Shown here one piece after another: positions 26,771 through 39,844 of a stretch of 64,000 bases of DNA. Source of the DNA: Eledone cirrhosa (Eukaryota); assembly GCA_964016885.1 (NCBI GenBank), contig OZ024743.1:239196001-239260000 (forward strand), read 5' to 3'. The notes under the pieces are model-generated. The model was not told where the DNA came from and did not search any database. It saw only the letters and a list, made by a program, of their open reading frames with translations. A program made the translations under genes and the position numbers. Each line of letters opens with the position of its first letter. The stretch's first letter is position 1.

Positions 26771-28925
26771 TTAATTAGGTTTATAATATTTAAATGTTTT
26801 TTTTAGTTTATGATTACACGATATAATTAATTCCTGTCTTTTATTTAATAAGATATCCCTAGACTTCATTATTTCAAATAGTTCTTGGGAACATAATCTA
26901 CATTCCTTTCTATTATTTTGATAAGGGGTGGCTCTTTTGAGCACACTCCAGGTCAAATCATATTTTATATTTTTATTTTTATAACTATTGATTTTTTCTG
27001 CTAGAGATGTTGTATTAGCCAGTGCGGCATTTTTAAAGCTATGTTTGTGGGTATTATACCTTGTCTTAAAATTGTTAGAGGTAGCTCCTATATATGTGCA
27101 AATAGAATCTTTAGTTTTAACATTACATTTATAGACTATGTTGTTAACAAGACAATTCCCTTTTAATGGGCAGTTTGTTTTGTTTCTACAGTTACATCCT
27201 TTCGTTAATTCTGTATTTGAGGAGATATTATTGTTAATTTGATGTACTGGTGGTATACTTATAGTTTTCTTACATTTATATGCATTATATGCACTTATAT
27301 TTTGTTTTATGTTATTTGTTGTAGAATATGAGAATTTAACTGTAGACCTATTTAAGATTTGATGGTATTTGTGGTTTGGCGGGAAGTTTTTCTCAAGGAT
27401 ATAAAAAAATTTTTTAGCAATATTATCCTTAACTTGTAAATTAAAAGGAGCATTATACCAAGTAACTCGTCTATTACGGTTTCTATGTTGTTTATTATTT
27501 TTATTATTTTTATATGTTGTATCATGATTTTTACTAGGAGGAATAATGTTAATGATCTCACCACAACTATTTTTAGTTATATTTGTAGATTTAGGTGTTT
27601 TATCTTTTTTATTAGGAGTTTTATTATTAATATTTATTATAGTCTTATGATGAGTAGTTTTTTGAGGGTTACTATACTTTATATTAGAAGATTTAGTATT
27701 TTGGGGTATACTGTGGGTGGCATTTAGGTGTGTACCTTTCATTTGGTGTTTGTTGGTAATATTATGCTGTATGTTTTCAGTATTTTTAGTAGAAGTTATA
27801 TACTCTAATCTATTTTTGTGGCCACTTCTATCTAGAGCTTCATTATAAAAGGTCGCATTTTTATCAAATACATCTTGGTTAGAAGAAAGGTTAGAAATTC
27901 TAAGTGATATATTATATGCAAGGTTTTTAAGGATAGATTTAGGGTGATTAGATTGTGAGTGTATGTAATGTAAGTTTTGGTTAGGTTTATGGTAAGGTTG
28001 GTATATACCCGTAGCTAAATCTAAAGTTATATCTAGGAAATTTACTACTTTACTTGTTTTTTCAAAAGTAATATTAAGATTATAATAGTCCTTAAGGAAA
28101 GTTCTAATATGCTTTTTGTTTTTTTCGATTTCTGAAAGGCTAAGGTTGTTAGAAAGAAGAAGACAGTCATCACGATATAAACCACCTTTGAGGTGGGGAA
28201 AAGAGGCATTTATGTTGAAAAGGAGAAAGAGGCCCACAAGATCAGTAATTTGGGCAGAATCGCTTGAACCCATAGTAATATCAAAAAGATTACTATAAGT
28301 GTTTCTGGTCCAGTATTCATTCTGAAATTCAATAAGTGTTTGTCTAGCATGTGTAATAATGTTAATGTCATCCGAAGTTAAATTAGATCTATTTTTAGCA
28401 AATATTAATGCTTTGTTCAGGAGTATGGGTGATATAGAAGAATAATAGTTATCTATATCAAACTGTAGGAAAGAAGCAGAAGATTTACACCTAATATTTT
28501 TAAACCAATTAATTACCTGGGAGGTGTTTTCCCAGAGTGGTAAAATAACGTATTTTCTTATTTGTGGGATGACTCTATCTAAAATTTTTTTGCTAATTAT
28601 TCCAATATCTGATTTGGAGGGACATATAAGTCTAATAGAAGGATTAGAGTTAAAGTTAGATTTGTGATCTTTCAGGTTGAAGTGTGGACTTCTCAATGCC
28701 AAAGGTTCAGTTCTATCTTCAATATTTAGTTTTTTTACTATGTTGTGTGTTTTGTTGTTGATGTTGGTGAGTGACGCATTATTAGATTTTTTATAACTTT
28801 TTCTGAGTTCTTTATATATGAACTCATTATAATGTTCAATATCCATATGATACAAGTTACCAGTTTTGTCCGAGTGGACATGGATTTTTTTAGACTTTTT
28901 TAGGTCCAATAGGGTAGAATCAAGG
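26771..28925 (-). pseudogene. 5'-truncated duplicate of the PLE ORF
   Basis: Protein is identical to 20564-23026 from LDSTLLDLKKSKK onward. About 100 N-terminal residues are lost at the inversion junction. Confidence 0.92.
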
Positions 28926-29205
28926 AATTAATTATATCGTGTAATCATAAACTAAAAAAAACATTTAAATATTATAAACCTAATTAATAACATTATTCTA
29001 GAATTTAATTTAATTTAAATGTTAGTTAACCTATAAATTTAATTTAATTAATATTTTATTACAGATGAGAAAATATTATGTAATCATTAATTTTGAAAAA
29101 CCTTTAAATATTACTAATATATATTCAGTAATTTAATTTATAGATTAATTTTAACTTATTTTAACCTTTTATTATAATTTTTTAATTTAGTTTAACCTTT
29201 TATTA

Positions 29206-29254
<49 letters not shown>

Positions 29255-30834
29255 TATAATTCTTTTACAGATAAAATATAACAAAATAATATCATGTATC
29301 CTATGACGGAGAAAGAATTTTTAGTATTATTGACCTAATTAATATACATTTTGGAAATATATTTATTATTTGGTTTTAGCTTTAATCAACCTAAAACTTT
29401 AATTTTAATTTTAATTTGCTTAAAATTAGTATCCTTGTACAGACGAATTGCAGAATTTCATGTAATCATAGAATGGGAGGTGTTTTTGGATATATACCTA
29501 GTTAATATATTCTGTGCAAATTTTTTTGAAAAAGATATGTATATCTATATGTATATGTATATGTGTGTATTGTATGTGTATCTGTATGTATATTTATGTG
29601 ACTATATATGTATGTATGTGTGTATATATATGTATATATATATATATATATATGTGTATATATATGTATATGTATGTGTATGTGTATGTATATGTATGTG
29701 TATGCGTATTAATTTTGATTTTTATTTGCATATAATTATATTATGCTATTGATGAAATACAATATCTGCTTTATGTATTGTATACCTAATTAACATATAC
29801 TAATTAACATATACTATTGAAATAAATATATAATTTTTAACTTAGTTAACATATAATTTATATGCTACTACCGATGTAATACTTTATTTTATTTTTATTT
29901 GGGTTTCTTTTCCCTATTATTAACTTTAATTTAGTTATAATGTAATTAATAATCTACTACTGTTTGACTTCATAATTCTGCTTCAAATATTATAAACCTA
30001 ACTAATTTACACCTTGGAAATCAATATGTTGACTATCTTTGGTTTAGTTGACATATGATTAATGGTATACTTTTTTATTTTGTGATGCATAGATTTCGTA
30101 TCTCCTAGCATTGAAAATATGTAAGAACATACATTGAATTAAGATATGGAAAATATTATAGGTTTCTTGAAACATATATTTACTTTGATCCCCTTCTCCA
30201 AACCCCCCCCCTTTCCCCCATACTATTATCATCTGTTTTTGTAAGTGTATATGTATGAATATATGGGTAGATGGGTGTCTATATAGTTTTTTTGGTATTT
30301 TTTTCTAGATATAAAAATACATATATGAGCATGTAAATATGAATGTAAGATTGAGTGTGTATATATGATTGTACATACATATGTATGTATATGTATGTAT
30401 ATATATGTATTATATATGTACGTGTATGTGAATGTGTGGTATATATATGTGTAGGTATATGTATATATGTGTGTGTATGTGTATGCTTGTATATAGGAAT
30501 ATATATGTGTGTATATATGTATATATGTATATGCGTGTTTGCATGTATGTGTATATGGGTTCTGTATATATTTGTATGTCTCTCTATTTATATGTTTATC
30601 TTCGTATCTATGTGATATATGTGAGTGTGTGTGCATGTATGCATATGTATGTGTTTGTGTGTGTTTGTATGTGTGTGTGTATATATATGTATGTATTTGC
30701 GCACACTCACATACACATATATATATATATATATATATATATGTGAGTGTGTATGTGTGTCTGTATGTGTGTGCGTGTGTATATATGTGTATATATATAT
30801 ATATGTGTATGTATGTGTATGTGTGTGTATATAG

Positions 30835-30868
<34 letters not shown>

Positions 30869-31015
30869 ATATGTGTATATAGGTGTCTATGTGTGAATAT
30901 ATGTCTTTATTCGTATGTGTGTATTTATATATGTTTATATTTAGGTGTATGTATGTATGTGTATGTATGTATGTATATGTATGTGTATGTATGTATATGT
31001 GTATATGTGTGTATA

Positions 31016-31046
<31 letters not shown>

Positions 31047-31142
31047 TATTCTTTATTATTATTGTAATATAACTTATGTGTATATGTGTATAAGTGAGGT
31101 TGTGTATGTATATATACTATGTGTATATATAAGGGTAATGAA

Positions 31143-31173
<31 letters not shown>

Positions 31174-31265
31174 CATGTCTGTATTTTATGTGTGTGTGTA
31201 TATATATATATGTGTATGTGTGTATATATGTATGTATATATGCATATATGTGTACGTGTGTGTAT

Positions 31266-31322
<57 letters not shown>

Positions 31323-31433
31323 TGGATGTTTGTATGTGTTTTCATGGTGGTATGAGTGTGGGATATATATGTTTATGTATAAGTATATGTATGTGTATGT
31401 ATATATATATGAGTCTATGTGTGTGTGTGTATA

Positions 31434-31474
<41 letters not shown>

Positions 31475-32247
31475 GTGTATGTGTGTATGTGTTGCGCGTG
31501 TGTGTGTCTGTATTTTTATCTTTTTATATGTGTATGTGTATGTTCGTGTAAATGTATGTGTGTGTATGACAGTATAGGTATGTGTGTATGTATGTATGTG
31601 TAGATATCTCTATGTGCGCGTACATGTATGTATGTGTATGTATATCTGTATGCGTATGTACATTATATTATATGTAATATATTTTATTGTTTTTATTTTT
31701 TTATTTTTCATAATTTATAGATACATTTATATTAGGCTGTCTGGTCTGACAACCTAATACTGACCCCTCCCCCCCCCTCCCACCTAATTTCTGTATCTTG
31801 ATCTTGAAATGTGTGTACCAGTGTGTTTATGTGAGTGACTTAATTTCTATTTGCTTATGATTTTATATCCACATATATAAATGTGAGTGGGGGGTGTGTG
31901 TGTGTTTGTGTGTTCGTGGTTATGTGTATATTTATATATATACGCACATGTATGTGTGATTATACTGATATGTGTGAGTATGAAAAAAATATATTTATAT
32001 GCTTGACTACATAAGTATCATTGCGTATCTTATCAGCGCATTAAGCTTACAGAGATATTAACCTTGAAATTTTTTATTTGCATCCATCTTTTTAGTATGC
32101 ACATACATATTATACACACATTATTGTAAAATGTGTGTAGGGTTTTACATGTATATACACACACCAAACTGCTTTTTAACCCTTTGTGTTTTCATTGGTC
32201 AATTTTGAACTGATATTTTGAATTGTTGTTATTATCAATAAATATAC

Positions 32248-32402
32248 TTCATTATTTCTGAAGACGGCGTATATATGAGTTAGGTATGTATATTTAATCT
32301 TGATAATTTGTATAATTTTGTATAATTTTGTACATAGATCTGTTAAATATGCATACCAATTATAGCACATATATACCCTAGAAACGATCGTTAAATAGTG
32401 AA
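32248..32402 (+). ncRNA. Type-I hammerhead ribozyme with about 115-nt stem II (copy 3)
   Basis: TTCATTATTT-CTGAAGA-CGGCGTATATATG...CATATATACCCTA-GAAAC-GATC-GTT^-AAATAGTGAA: 10-bp stem I, canonical core, palindromic AACGATCGTT. Confidence 0.8.
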
Positions 32403-32447
32403 CTTTTTTTGTTTAATATAAGGAATTGTTTGTTCATTATTTGTTTA

Positions 32448-32524
<77 letters not shown>

Positions 32525-33281
32525 ATATACGAGTATATATATTTGTAAGTGTTTATATATATGTGTGTGTGTGTGTGTGTGCGGTGTGTGTGTTTGTGTG
32601 TCTGTGCAGTGCAGTTCTGAAATTAAGACTAGACGTCATTGCAAGGTGGCTCAGATGTTTCCCTTGTGTAAGATTACTGGCATAGACCTCTCTATATTCC
32701 CTATAGTCGTTCAGTTAAATACTGTTAGGTGTCAAAGTGTACAAAATATATTACTTGTGTCTTCACCTTTTTTTCAATAGGAAGACAGCAATTTACCGAT
32801 ATCTACCGTCTACACCAAGTACCTACTATATCTCATCATATATTGACTGTTACCCGGCACACTCGTATCGATATTCTTAGAAATACTGTCGTGTACACAA
32901 AAACAACAGACATACACACTCTCACACACACACATACACATACACACCGACATACATGCATACATTATATACACACAAACATTCACATTCATTCACTCAC
33001 ACATTCACACACAGAAATCACGGACAAACACACACACACACATACACGCACCACCACACACAAACGTACTCATGTTCACACATAAGTATGCCGACACACA
33101 TACAGAGACGAAATCTGTTTTAGAAAGACAGTTAAACGTTAACTGAAAAAGTATTCAATACATATCGGTAGAGTAAATTTATTTTTTTACAAGTGAATGA
33201 TTATTTCCAACATTCGTCTGTAGTTGATTACCCTAGACAGCTCTAACACAAGCTAAGTCCGCAGGCATAAATATATATGAA

Positions 33282-33346
<65 letters not shown>

Positions 33347-33401
33347 TTATCGTCCACCTGGTTCCTTACCACACTTCCTTCGTTTTATATATATATATAT
33401 A

Positions 33402-33712
33402 TAGTTATGTAATAAACAACATAAGGCAATTATTCCATTTACCAGTGGTTTCTTAAAAGCAAAAAATTTTGCTTTCAATCATCAGAATGAAAAAATCCTG
33501 GTCTGTTTATTGAATTTGGATTCAATAAACAAATTCAATAAACAGACCAGGAGTTTTTCATTCTGATGATTGAAAGCAACATTTTTTGCTTTTAAGTAAC
33601 CACTGGTAAATGGAATAATTGCCTTATGTTGTTTATTACATAACTATTAAGCTCTGTTACCTACATAGAGCACTCTTTTTTCCTGGACTTTTCCGACGGA
33701 ATTACTTCATTT
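33402..33712. mobile_element. Short HHR foldback insertion
   Basis: 33402-33517 is inverted at about 33531-33646, followed by a tail. The minus-strand HHR at 33436-33489 reads CATT-CTGATGA-TTGAAAGCA..TGCTTTTAA-GAAAC-CACTG-GTA^-AATG. A solo tail copy is at about 48738-48810. Confidence 0.85.
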
Positions 33713-33730
33713 ATATATATATAGAGAGAG

Positions 33731-35065
33731 AATAAGGAAAAGCTAAGTAGTTTCAGATGTTCAAGTCCTTTAATAATAATGCTGTGATATATATTTCAGT
33801 GACGACACTGGCCACACTGTTCTGTGTGCGAGTGTCGTGACATAATCAGACAGCTTGTTACATTATAAGGTTATGTTTCCGAGGCAATCCAAATTGAATC
33901 GACATGGGAACGGATGAAGTGTGTGCTTTTGGGTTCTTCATCCGTTCCCCTGTGAGTACCAATTCACCCCCACCGGTCTGCGCAGGCGCATGTTGGAAGT
34001 TGACCATTAGCTACCGCAGATTTCAACGAAATTCACTTAGTCAGTTCACCCTCTCAGCCAAACAATGGCCCACCTAGGCCTGTACCATAGTTTACTGCTA
34101 CCCATCCCGACTGTGGAAGTCAGCCGAGAGCCAGAGGGGATGGGAGATTGTTAGTTTTTACAGGTCACAATACTACCTCTCACCAAGCGTGGACAGTACG
34201 ACTGACCATCAACTCATAAGAGTTAATTCTAGGTATCATGGTTTTACATTGGAAGTTAAGAGTGAGAGTTGGAAATAAAAATTAAAATCCTAAATCAAAT
34301 ATCAGAAATTATAAATTAAACAATTAAAAAATTAACAATTGGAAATTAAAAAATTTTTCAAGTGAGAATCCGGATTGAGGTGAGTAAAAAAATATAGATT
34401 GAAGTGAGTAAATAATATGGAGAGAGATGTTTAAGTAAGAAGTTCTGAGAGGGGTATCAATGTCACAGTTACTCTATCCACATATTGAACGACAGTGCCG
34501 TACATTAGAACGGAGAGTAAATTACAGTATTCAAGGCAGTAGTCAATCTGGTACACAGTCATAATTTACATCACATGGAACAAAACCAAAGAAAAACAGA
34601 CATAAAGTACACAAAAGAAAAGAACCAATAATGAATAAATGCAAAAACAAAGGTACATATATGCAAAATGATCCATATGATTGTCAATCTGTAAATGTAT
34701 AGATTGAATTGAGGGGGCTTCTGTTCAAATGCGATTTGGTGCAGGAAAATAGGGGTTTATCTTATTTTTTGTTTCCGCGTATTTATCCTGCCGAAAATTA
34801 CTATTATGTCCGTCCAGTATCAGGGGTTTCCATCCCCATGGTAGAGGGAAATTACAGGGGTAGCTCATGGTTGGTTCCTCTTTTCTCCACCATATCGGTT
34901 ACATCATAGAGCGCTCAACTAATTGGAGCTAAATTATTAGGGTAAATATTGATGCAATTCAATTCAAGCACTCAACGTACTTTTTCCACGTAGGAGTGAC
35001 GGAGTAAATATCGAATAAGGAAAAGCGAAGTAGTTTCAGATGTTCAAGTCCTTTAATAATAATGC
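33731..35065 (-). mobile_element. About 1.28-kb non-coding retrozyme/pLTR-like monomer with 52-bp terminal direct repeat
   Basis: 33731-33782 matches 35014-35065 with 1 mismatch. The HHR at 33781-33854 (-) reads GCTGT-CTGATTA-..ACGACAC..GTGTCGT..-GAAAT-ATAT-ATC^-ACAGC. Same family as 51412-51625. Confidence 0.75.
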
Positions 35066-37682
35066 GTCGAGGAAGTGGTGGAGATGTCGTAGCCTGAGCG
35101 CGTGTCTGCCCATCATCAGCCACGGCATGCCCAGCCCTCCACGTAGCGGGTGTTGACAACAGATGGACCGCCTGACCATCGGAGCGCGTCCCTTCCACAA
35201 AAAGCGAAAGAGCAAACGCTCCAGCGCAGTCAGGCGTGGCTTAGGACAGGGTACGACGGTCAGGCGGTAGCAGATGACAGAGGCGATGTACGCGTTAGCC
35301 ACCTCCGCTCGACCTTTCAGGGATAGCTTCCTCTCCGCCCATTTCTGGGTGAGAGAAGCCACCCTGCTCGCCACCTCGTCCCAGTTTTTGTCCGTCTGGA
35401 GGTCCGGACCGAACCAGACCCCTAGCAATTTAACCAGTCCGTCCGTCCAGCGTCCGACGATGCTGTTGGACGGCATGGACCTGCCTCTCTAGGTGCCGAG
35501 CTGCAGGCCCACTGACTTTTCCTGGTTGGTCATTGCACCTGTCACCGCTTCGCATTCTCTTAGTGTAGTGCCGATCGCCTCCATGTGTTTGGCGTTCGAC
35601 ACCACTACGGTGACATCGTCCGCATATGCTGACAGACACGGATCTTCCGCATCCTAGTTCGCGCGGGACCCCCTCAACGTCTCCAGTTTGTCCAGTAATG
35701 GCTCGAGAGTCAATACGTACAAGAGGGACGAGAGGGGACATCCTTGGCGGACCGAGCGCATGATGTTGAACGGTTCCGAAAGGTGACCGTTCACTCTCAC
35801 CACAGAGCAGATGTCTCTGTGCATGGCAGTGATCCAGCCTCTGAAGACGGGCCCAAAACAAGCCGCCCTCAGGACTGCCGCTCGGTAACGATGGTCGACC
35901 CTATCGAAAGCTTTCGACTGATCTAAATTAACCAAGGACCCACCCGTGCCAGGTTCCCTAGCCACCCTCTCTACGATGTATCGCATGAGGTGGAGGTGGT
36001 CCTGGAAGGATCTGTCGGGAATGGCGCATGTCTACGCCTCTGCCACCAGACCCCAACGACAAGCGCCAACCTCTTTGCTAGCACCTTGGCCAAAATCTTG
36101 AGCTCTGTGTTTAACAGAGATATGGGCCTAAAATTATCTATGTTATCCCACTTTCTCAGATCCTTTCTCATCAACGCCACAGCTCCTCGGCTCACAGAGC
36201 TGGGAATTCTCCCGTTCTGTTGCCAGTTGCAGTAGACGTCCGCCAAGAGGCCTCCGAACAAGTCTGGCATCTGTACGTAAAGTTCATAGGGCACACCAAC
36301 CAAACAAGGCGATTTACCCCTTGTGCAGCCAGTCATTGCATCCCGTACTTCAACGGCTGTTATCGGCTTTTCGTAACACTCCGCCTCAGTAGCCGAGAGC
36401 CGCGGCAGTCCGTTGAGGTAGACACTAAAGTCCATCCGTCGATACGGCCCGCCGCTTCCCCCGAACAGCTGAGCGAAGTGTCGCTGAAAAGCTTCACACA
36501 TTTGCCCAGGATCGAGTAGCATGCGCCTGTCGTGGTCCACCAAAGACCGGATCGTGACTTTGTTGCCACGACGCGCCTACGCCACTCGGGCCCATTGAAC
36601 GGCTTTCGTTCCATCCTGTCTGAGAGCACGCACCCTATATCTGACAACGCAGCCTTCGTGCTTTGCATTGAAGAATTGGTCAAGGGCCAATTTCACCGCA
36701 AGTACGTCAGTCGCGATGCCTTTGCTAAGCGCCTGGTCTAATTTTCTAACTAATTCTCCCTCTGCTCTATTTTTCTCTATTGCTAAAGCCTTACTAAACC
36801 TAATGGACTCTATTCTAATTGCTATTTTCAGAGCAAACCACCACTTGTTGTTGACGATGGCACCCGTCAACGCCCGCTTAACTAGTTCGCTAATCCGGTC
36901 TCTGTAGGCCTTGCGCGCTGGTAAGGACGCGTGTAGCTTCCAGTAGTCGGGTCCTAGTCTATGAAGCCTATATAAGTCAAGCACACAGATCACGAATTTG
37001 TGGTCCGTGTAGCTGACTATCTTGAATTATGGATAGCCTATGCTAGACCTATCTATTTCCCTACAAAATACTCTATCTAGATATGATCTGGATGACCCTA
37101 TGCGATTTGTCCAAATCCACATTGGCACATTCTGGAAATCCAATCGGTACCTGTCAGACAGTTCAAAACGCCTGAGCAGGTTGGTGAGGCTCTTGCACCC
37201 TCCTCCCCTATCCGCTAATCCCACACAGTCCCAGCGTGAATCTAAGATCCCGTTCCAGTCGCCCACTAACACTAAAGAGCTGGACGTTCCAAGAAAGGTC
37301 TCCAAACGCCGGAAGAAATCAGGCCCCCTGCTCCTGTCGGGGCATAGACGGCCACTAGCCTGAAAGCTTGCCCGTCTCTGCTGGTCACGTCTAGCACCAT
37401 CAACTTACCTTCTGGGTCCAGGAAGATGGTCCGTATGGCGATATCCAGACCTCTCCAAAAAAGCACCGCAACTCCCCCCCCCTCCGATCCAGGACGGCTG
37501 GGAGATGCGTACACATCGTAGCCGCCGAAGATCGGTGCGAAGGCCCGTGCTTCGGAGATTCTGGTCTCGCCGATGGCCACTACATCTATGTTTAGCGACC
37601 TGAGGTCGTTGAGCAGGTGGCCCTGCTTCCATGACGACCCCAAGCCATGCGCATTTAAGCTGCCTATTCTGAGTGAGGGCAT
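35066..37682 (-). pseudogene. LINE ORF2 (AP endonuclease + RT), multiply frameshifted
   Basis: SLNAHGL, AIGETR, LVGDWN, YLDRVF, TDHKF, YWKL, FRPISLLNTELKILAK, LDQSKAFDRVDH, VRQGCPLS, AYADDV, LLGVWF, LSLKGRA, GGLGMP. Confidence 0.92.
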
Positions 37683-38177
37683 GTTGAAATGGAGTGGAAA
37701 AGATGGGAGAGACCACTTACCTTACTTCTCGTAGAGGAAGGTTGGTTTGTCCATCCCTTTCACCGCTTGTGGCCTCCTCCGGAAGGATGTCCTTATAAAT
37801 CCTCCTGGAGAGTGTTTGTCGGAAGTCTCCGATGTCTTTGGGGAATTTTTGTTTTAGGGTCGTGTACGTTTTCTGTGTGATGCGAATGATGCGTTTTGGT
37901 TGTTTTGTTTTGTTTGCGTTTGTTGTGGGTTTGTTTCTGTTACTCTTTTTGATGACTTTTGTGTTGTTGGTGATGGTGGTGTTGGGGTTAATGATGGTGA
38001 TGGTGTTGGTGTTTGTGGTGCTGGGGTTGGTGATGCTGGTGTGGATGGTGGCATATCTGTCCTAACTTTTTTGTTTGAGAATTTATTTGTTTCCTTCTGT
38101 ATTTTGTTTTTGGAGGGGGAAGGAAGAGAATTTTTTCTTTTTTGGTTTCTTTTTTTCTTTTTTCCTGATACCGTTTC

Positions 38178-39594
38178 TTACTCCTCGTCGTCACAATCTG
38201 TCTTCAGTTGCGATAGGCCGGGGAGTGGAAAATCCTCCACGGGCGCTAGTTTTGGTTGTGGCCTGGTGGATGGTGTAGGCGCTGGTCCCATTTCTGGCGC
38301 GTTGGGTGGTGGTGGTGTTGGTTTTGCTACTGTTGCTGGGGTTGTTGCTGTTACAGTTGCTTCAGTTGTTGCTGCTACAGTTGTTGCTGCCATTTCTGCT
38401 GCTGGTGGTGTTGATGGTTGAGTCACTGGTGTGGGTAAGAGAGGTGACCTCAACATTTTAGCCTGAGGGCAGAAAGGCCTTAGGTGGGTTCCTTCACCAC
38501 AAACGACACACCTAGGCCTTCTGCCTTCGACGATTACGGTGAGGTGGCTGCCGTCAGTGAGGTCTATTACCTCTGGGATCTCCTCAATGCTTTTATGGTC
38601 CGCTTGGATCAGAAGCTTCATCCCAGATCCGGACCAGTTCTACTATTTCGATTATCTCGGTGTTGGCTTCGATGCCGGCGAGGACGGTAGCCATTAGCCA
38701 GGGAATTTTGATGGCCGGTGGAACGTGGGTCACCTTGATCTTCTCAAGTCTCTGGCCAAAATAGTTTGGGACGAGTGTGAAGTCGTCACTTCTTAATGGG
38801 GCCATGGAGTGTTCTCTGGCCTCCTATGGTGTTTCAAAGAACACGTCCACGGTTCCATATTTCTGCCCACGTCTGATGTGTGTTTTTGTTTGCCCACACA
38901 TGTCCCAAAGCTTTTTGGAATTTGGGACTCGGATGCCCGTTCCACTCTTTTATGTTAATTGTCTGATAAGACACGTTGCATAGGCGACAATGCTCCATTT
39001 TATTAGGAGGGTGTGTAGGTGGGTGGGTGTGCGTGTTTGTGTGGGTGTGTGTGTAGTGTGTGTGTGGGGGGGGGGGGGGGGGGGCTGAGCCTGTACTCAT
39101 ATTTCTTAACCATTCTTTTGGCTTCTTCTAATTCCTCCTGAGTTACCTGGATCGCTTCGCACATTTTTGCTACTCTGGCAAAACTCAGGGTAGTTTTCTT
39201 AATTTCATTGTTGCTGTTGTTGTTATCGTTATTTTTGTTATTGTTAATTTTAGTTTCAGTTGTGGTGGTGGTGGCATCAGTGGTGTTCGGTGTGGAAGAG
39301 GTCTTTTTGGTTGAATTCATTTCGATATAACGAGTTAATTTATTTTATTTCTTTTGTTTCTGTTGTCGCTGTGGTGGTGGTGGTGGGGGTTGTCGCTGTG
39401 GTGGTGGTGGTGGGGGTGGCGGCTTTAACACCTGCAGTTATTGGTAATGGCGTGAAATGAATGTCTGGCTGAGACAAATTTAAAATATTGCTTCTGCTTA
39501 TATTTTTAGTGTTGGCAAACGTAGTAATATTTACAATGGTGGTGTCGGTGTGAGGTGTTAGTTTGTGAGGAAGGAGTGACTCTGAGTCTTCCAT
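38178..39594 (-). pseudogene. LINE ORF1 (zinc-knuckle protein), disrupted
   Basis: VIVEGRRPRCVVCGEGTHLRPFCP (CX2CX4HX4C), LSFARVAK and Thr/Pro-rich linkers. A microsatellite interrupts it at about 39000-39085. Confidence 0.75.
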
Positions 39595-39844
39595 GATTCT
39601 TCAAAGTTATAAAAAGTTTAAATTTTGGGCTCAAGGCCCCAATATTTTTGAGTGTGCTTTTCAGAAATCAATGTATGTGCACTTATATACAGTTAACAAT
39701 CAATAAAAATTTTCCATAAATGGCAATTTTAAACAACTGAAAATAACAAACCTTTGCGGAGCTCACGATGATAGGATTTACTACGTAGGTCGCCAATAAT
39801 AGTAGTAATAATAATAATAATAATAAAAATAATAAGGTAAAAAA

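Larger units (their letters stand above)
16972..32455 (-). mobile_element. Young composite Penelope-like element: about 1.9 tandem units plus inverted arm, inserted in (TA)n
   Basis: The sequence at 16971 recurs at 23160 (period 6189). The second unit is 5'-truncated at about 28925. About 28923-32455 is the reverse complement of about 17106-20628. The copies are near-identical, and (TA)n lies on both sides. Confidence 0.95.
35066..39794 (-). mobile_element. Tx1-clade (L1 group) LINE, 5' end present, 3'-truncated
   Basis: ORF1 with a CCHC knuckle is followed by APE + RT ORF2. The 5' UTR is shared with window position 1-155. Confidence 0.9.

Noticed and set aside
16972-32455. Pure assembly artefact (tandem/foldback chimera)
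   Set aside because: It cannot be excluded without reads. However, the arm-end geometry matches older, diverged foldbacks in the window, and the copies differ at microsatellite lengths and at least one base.
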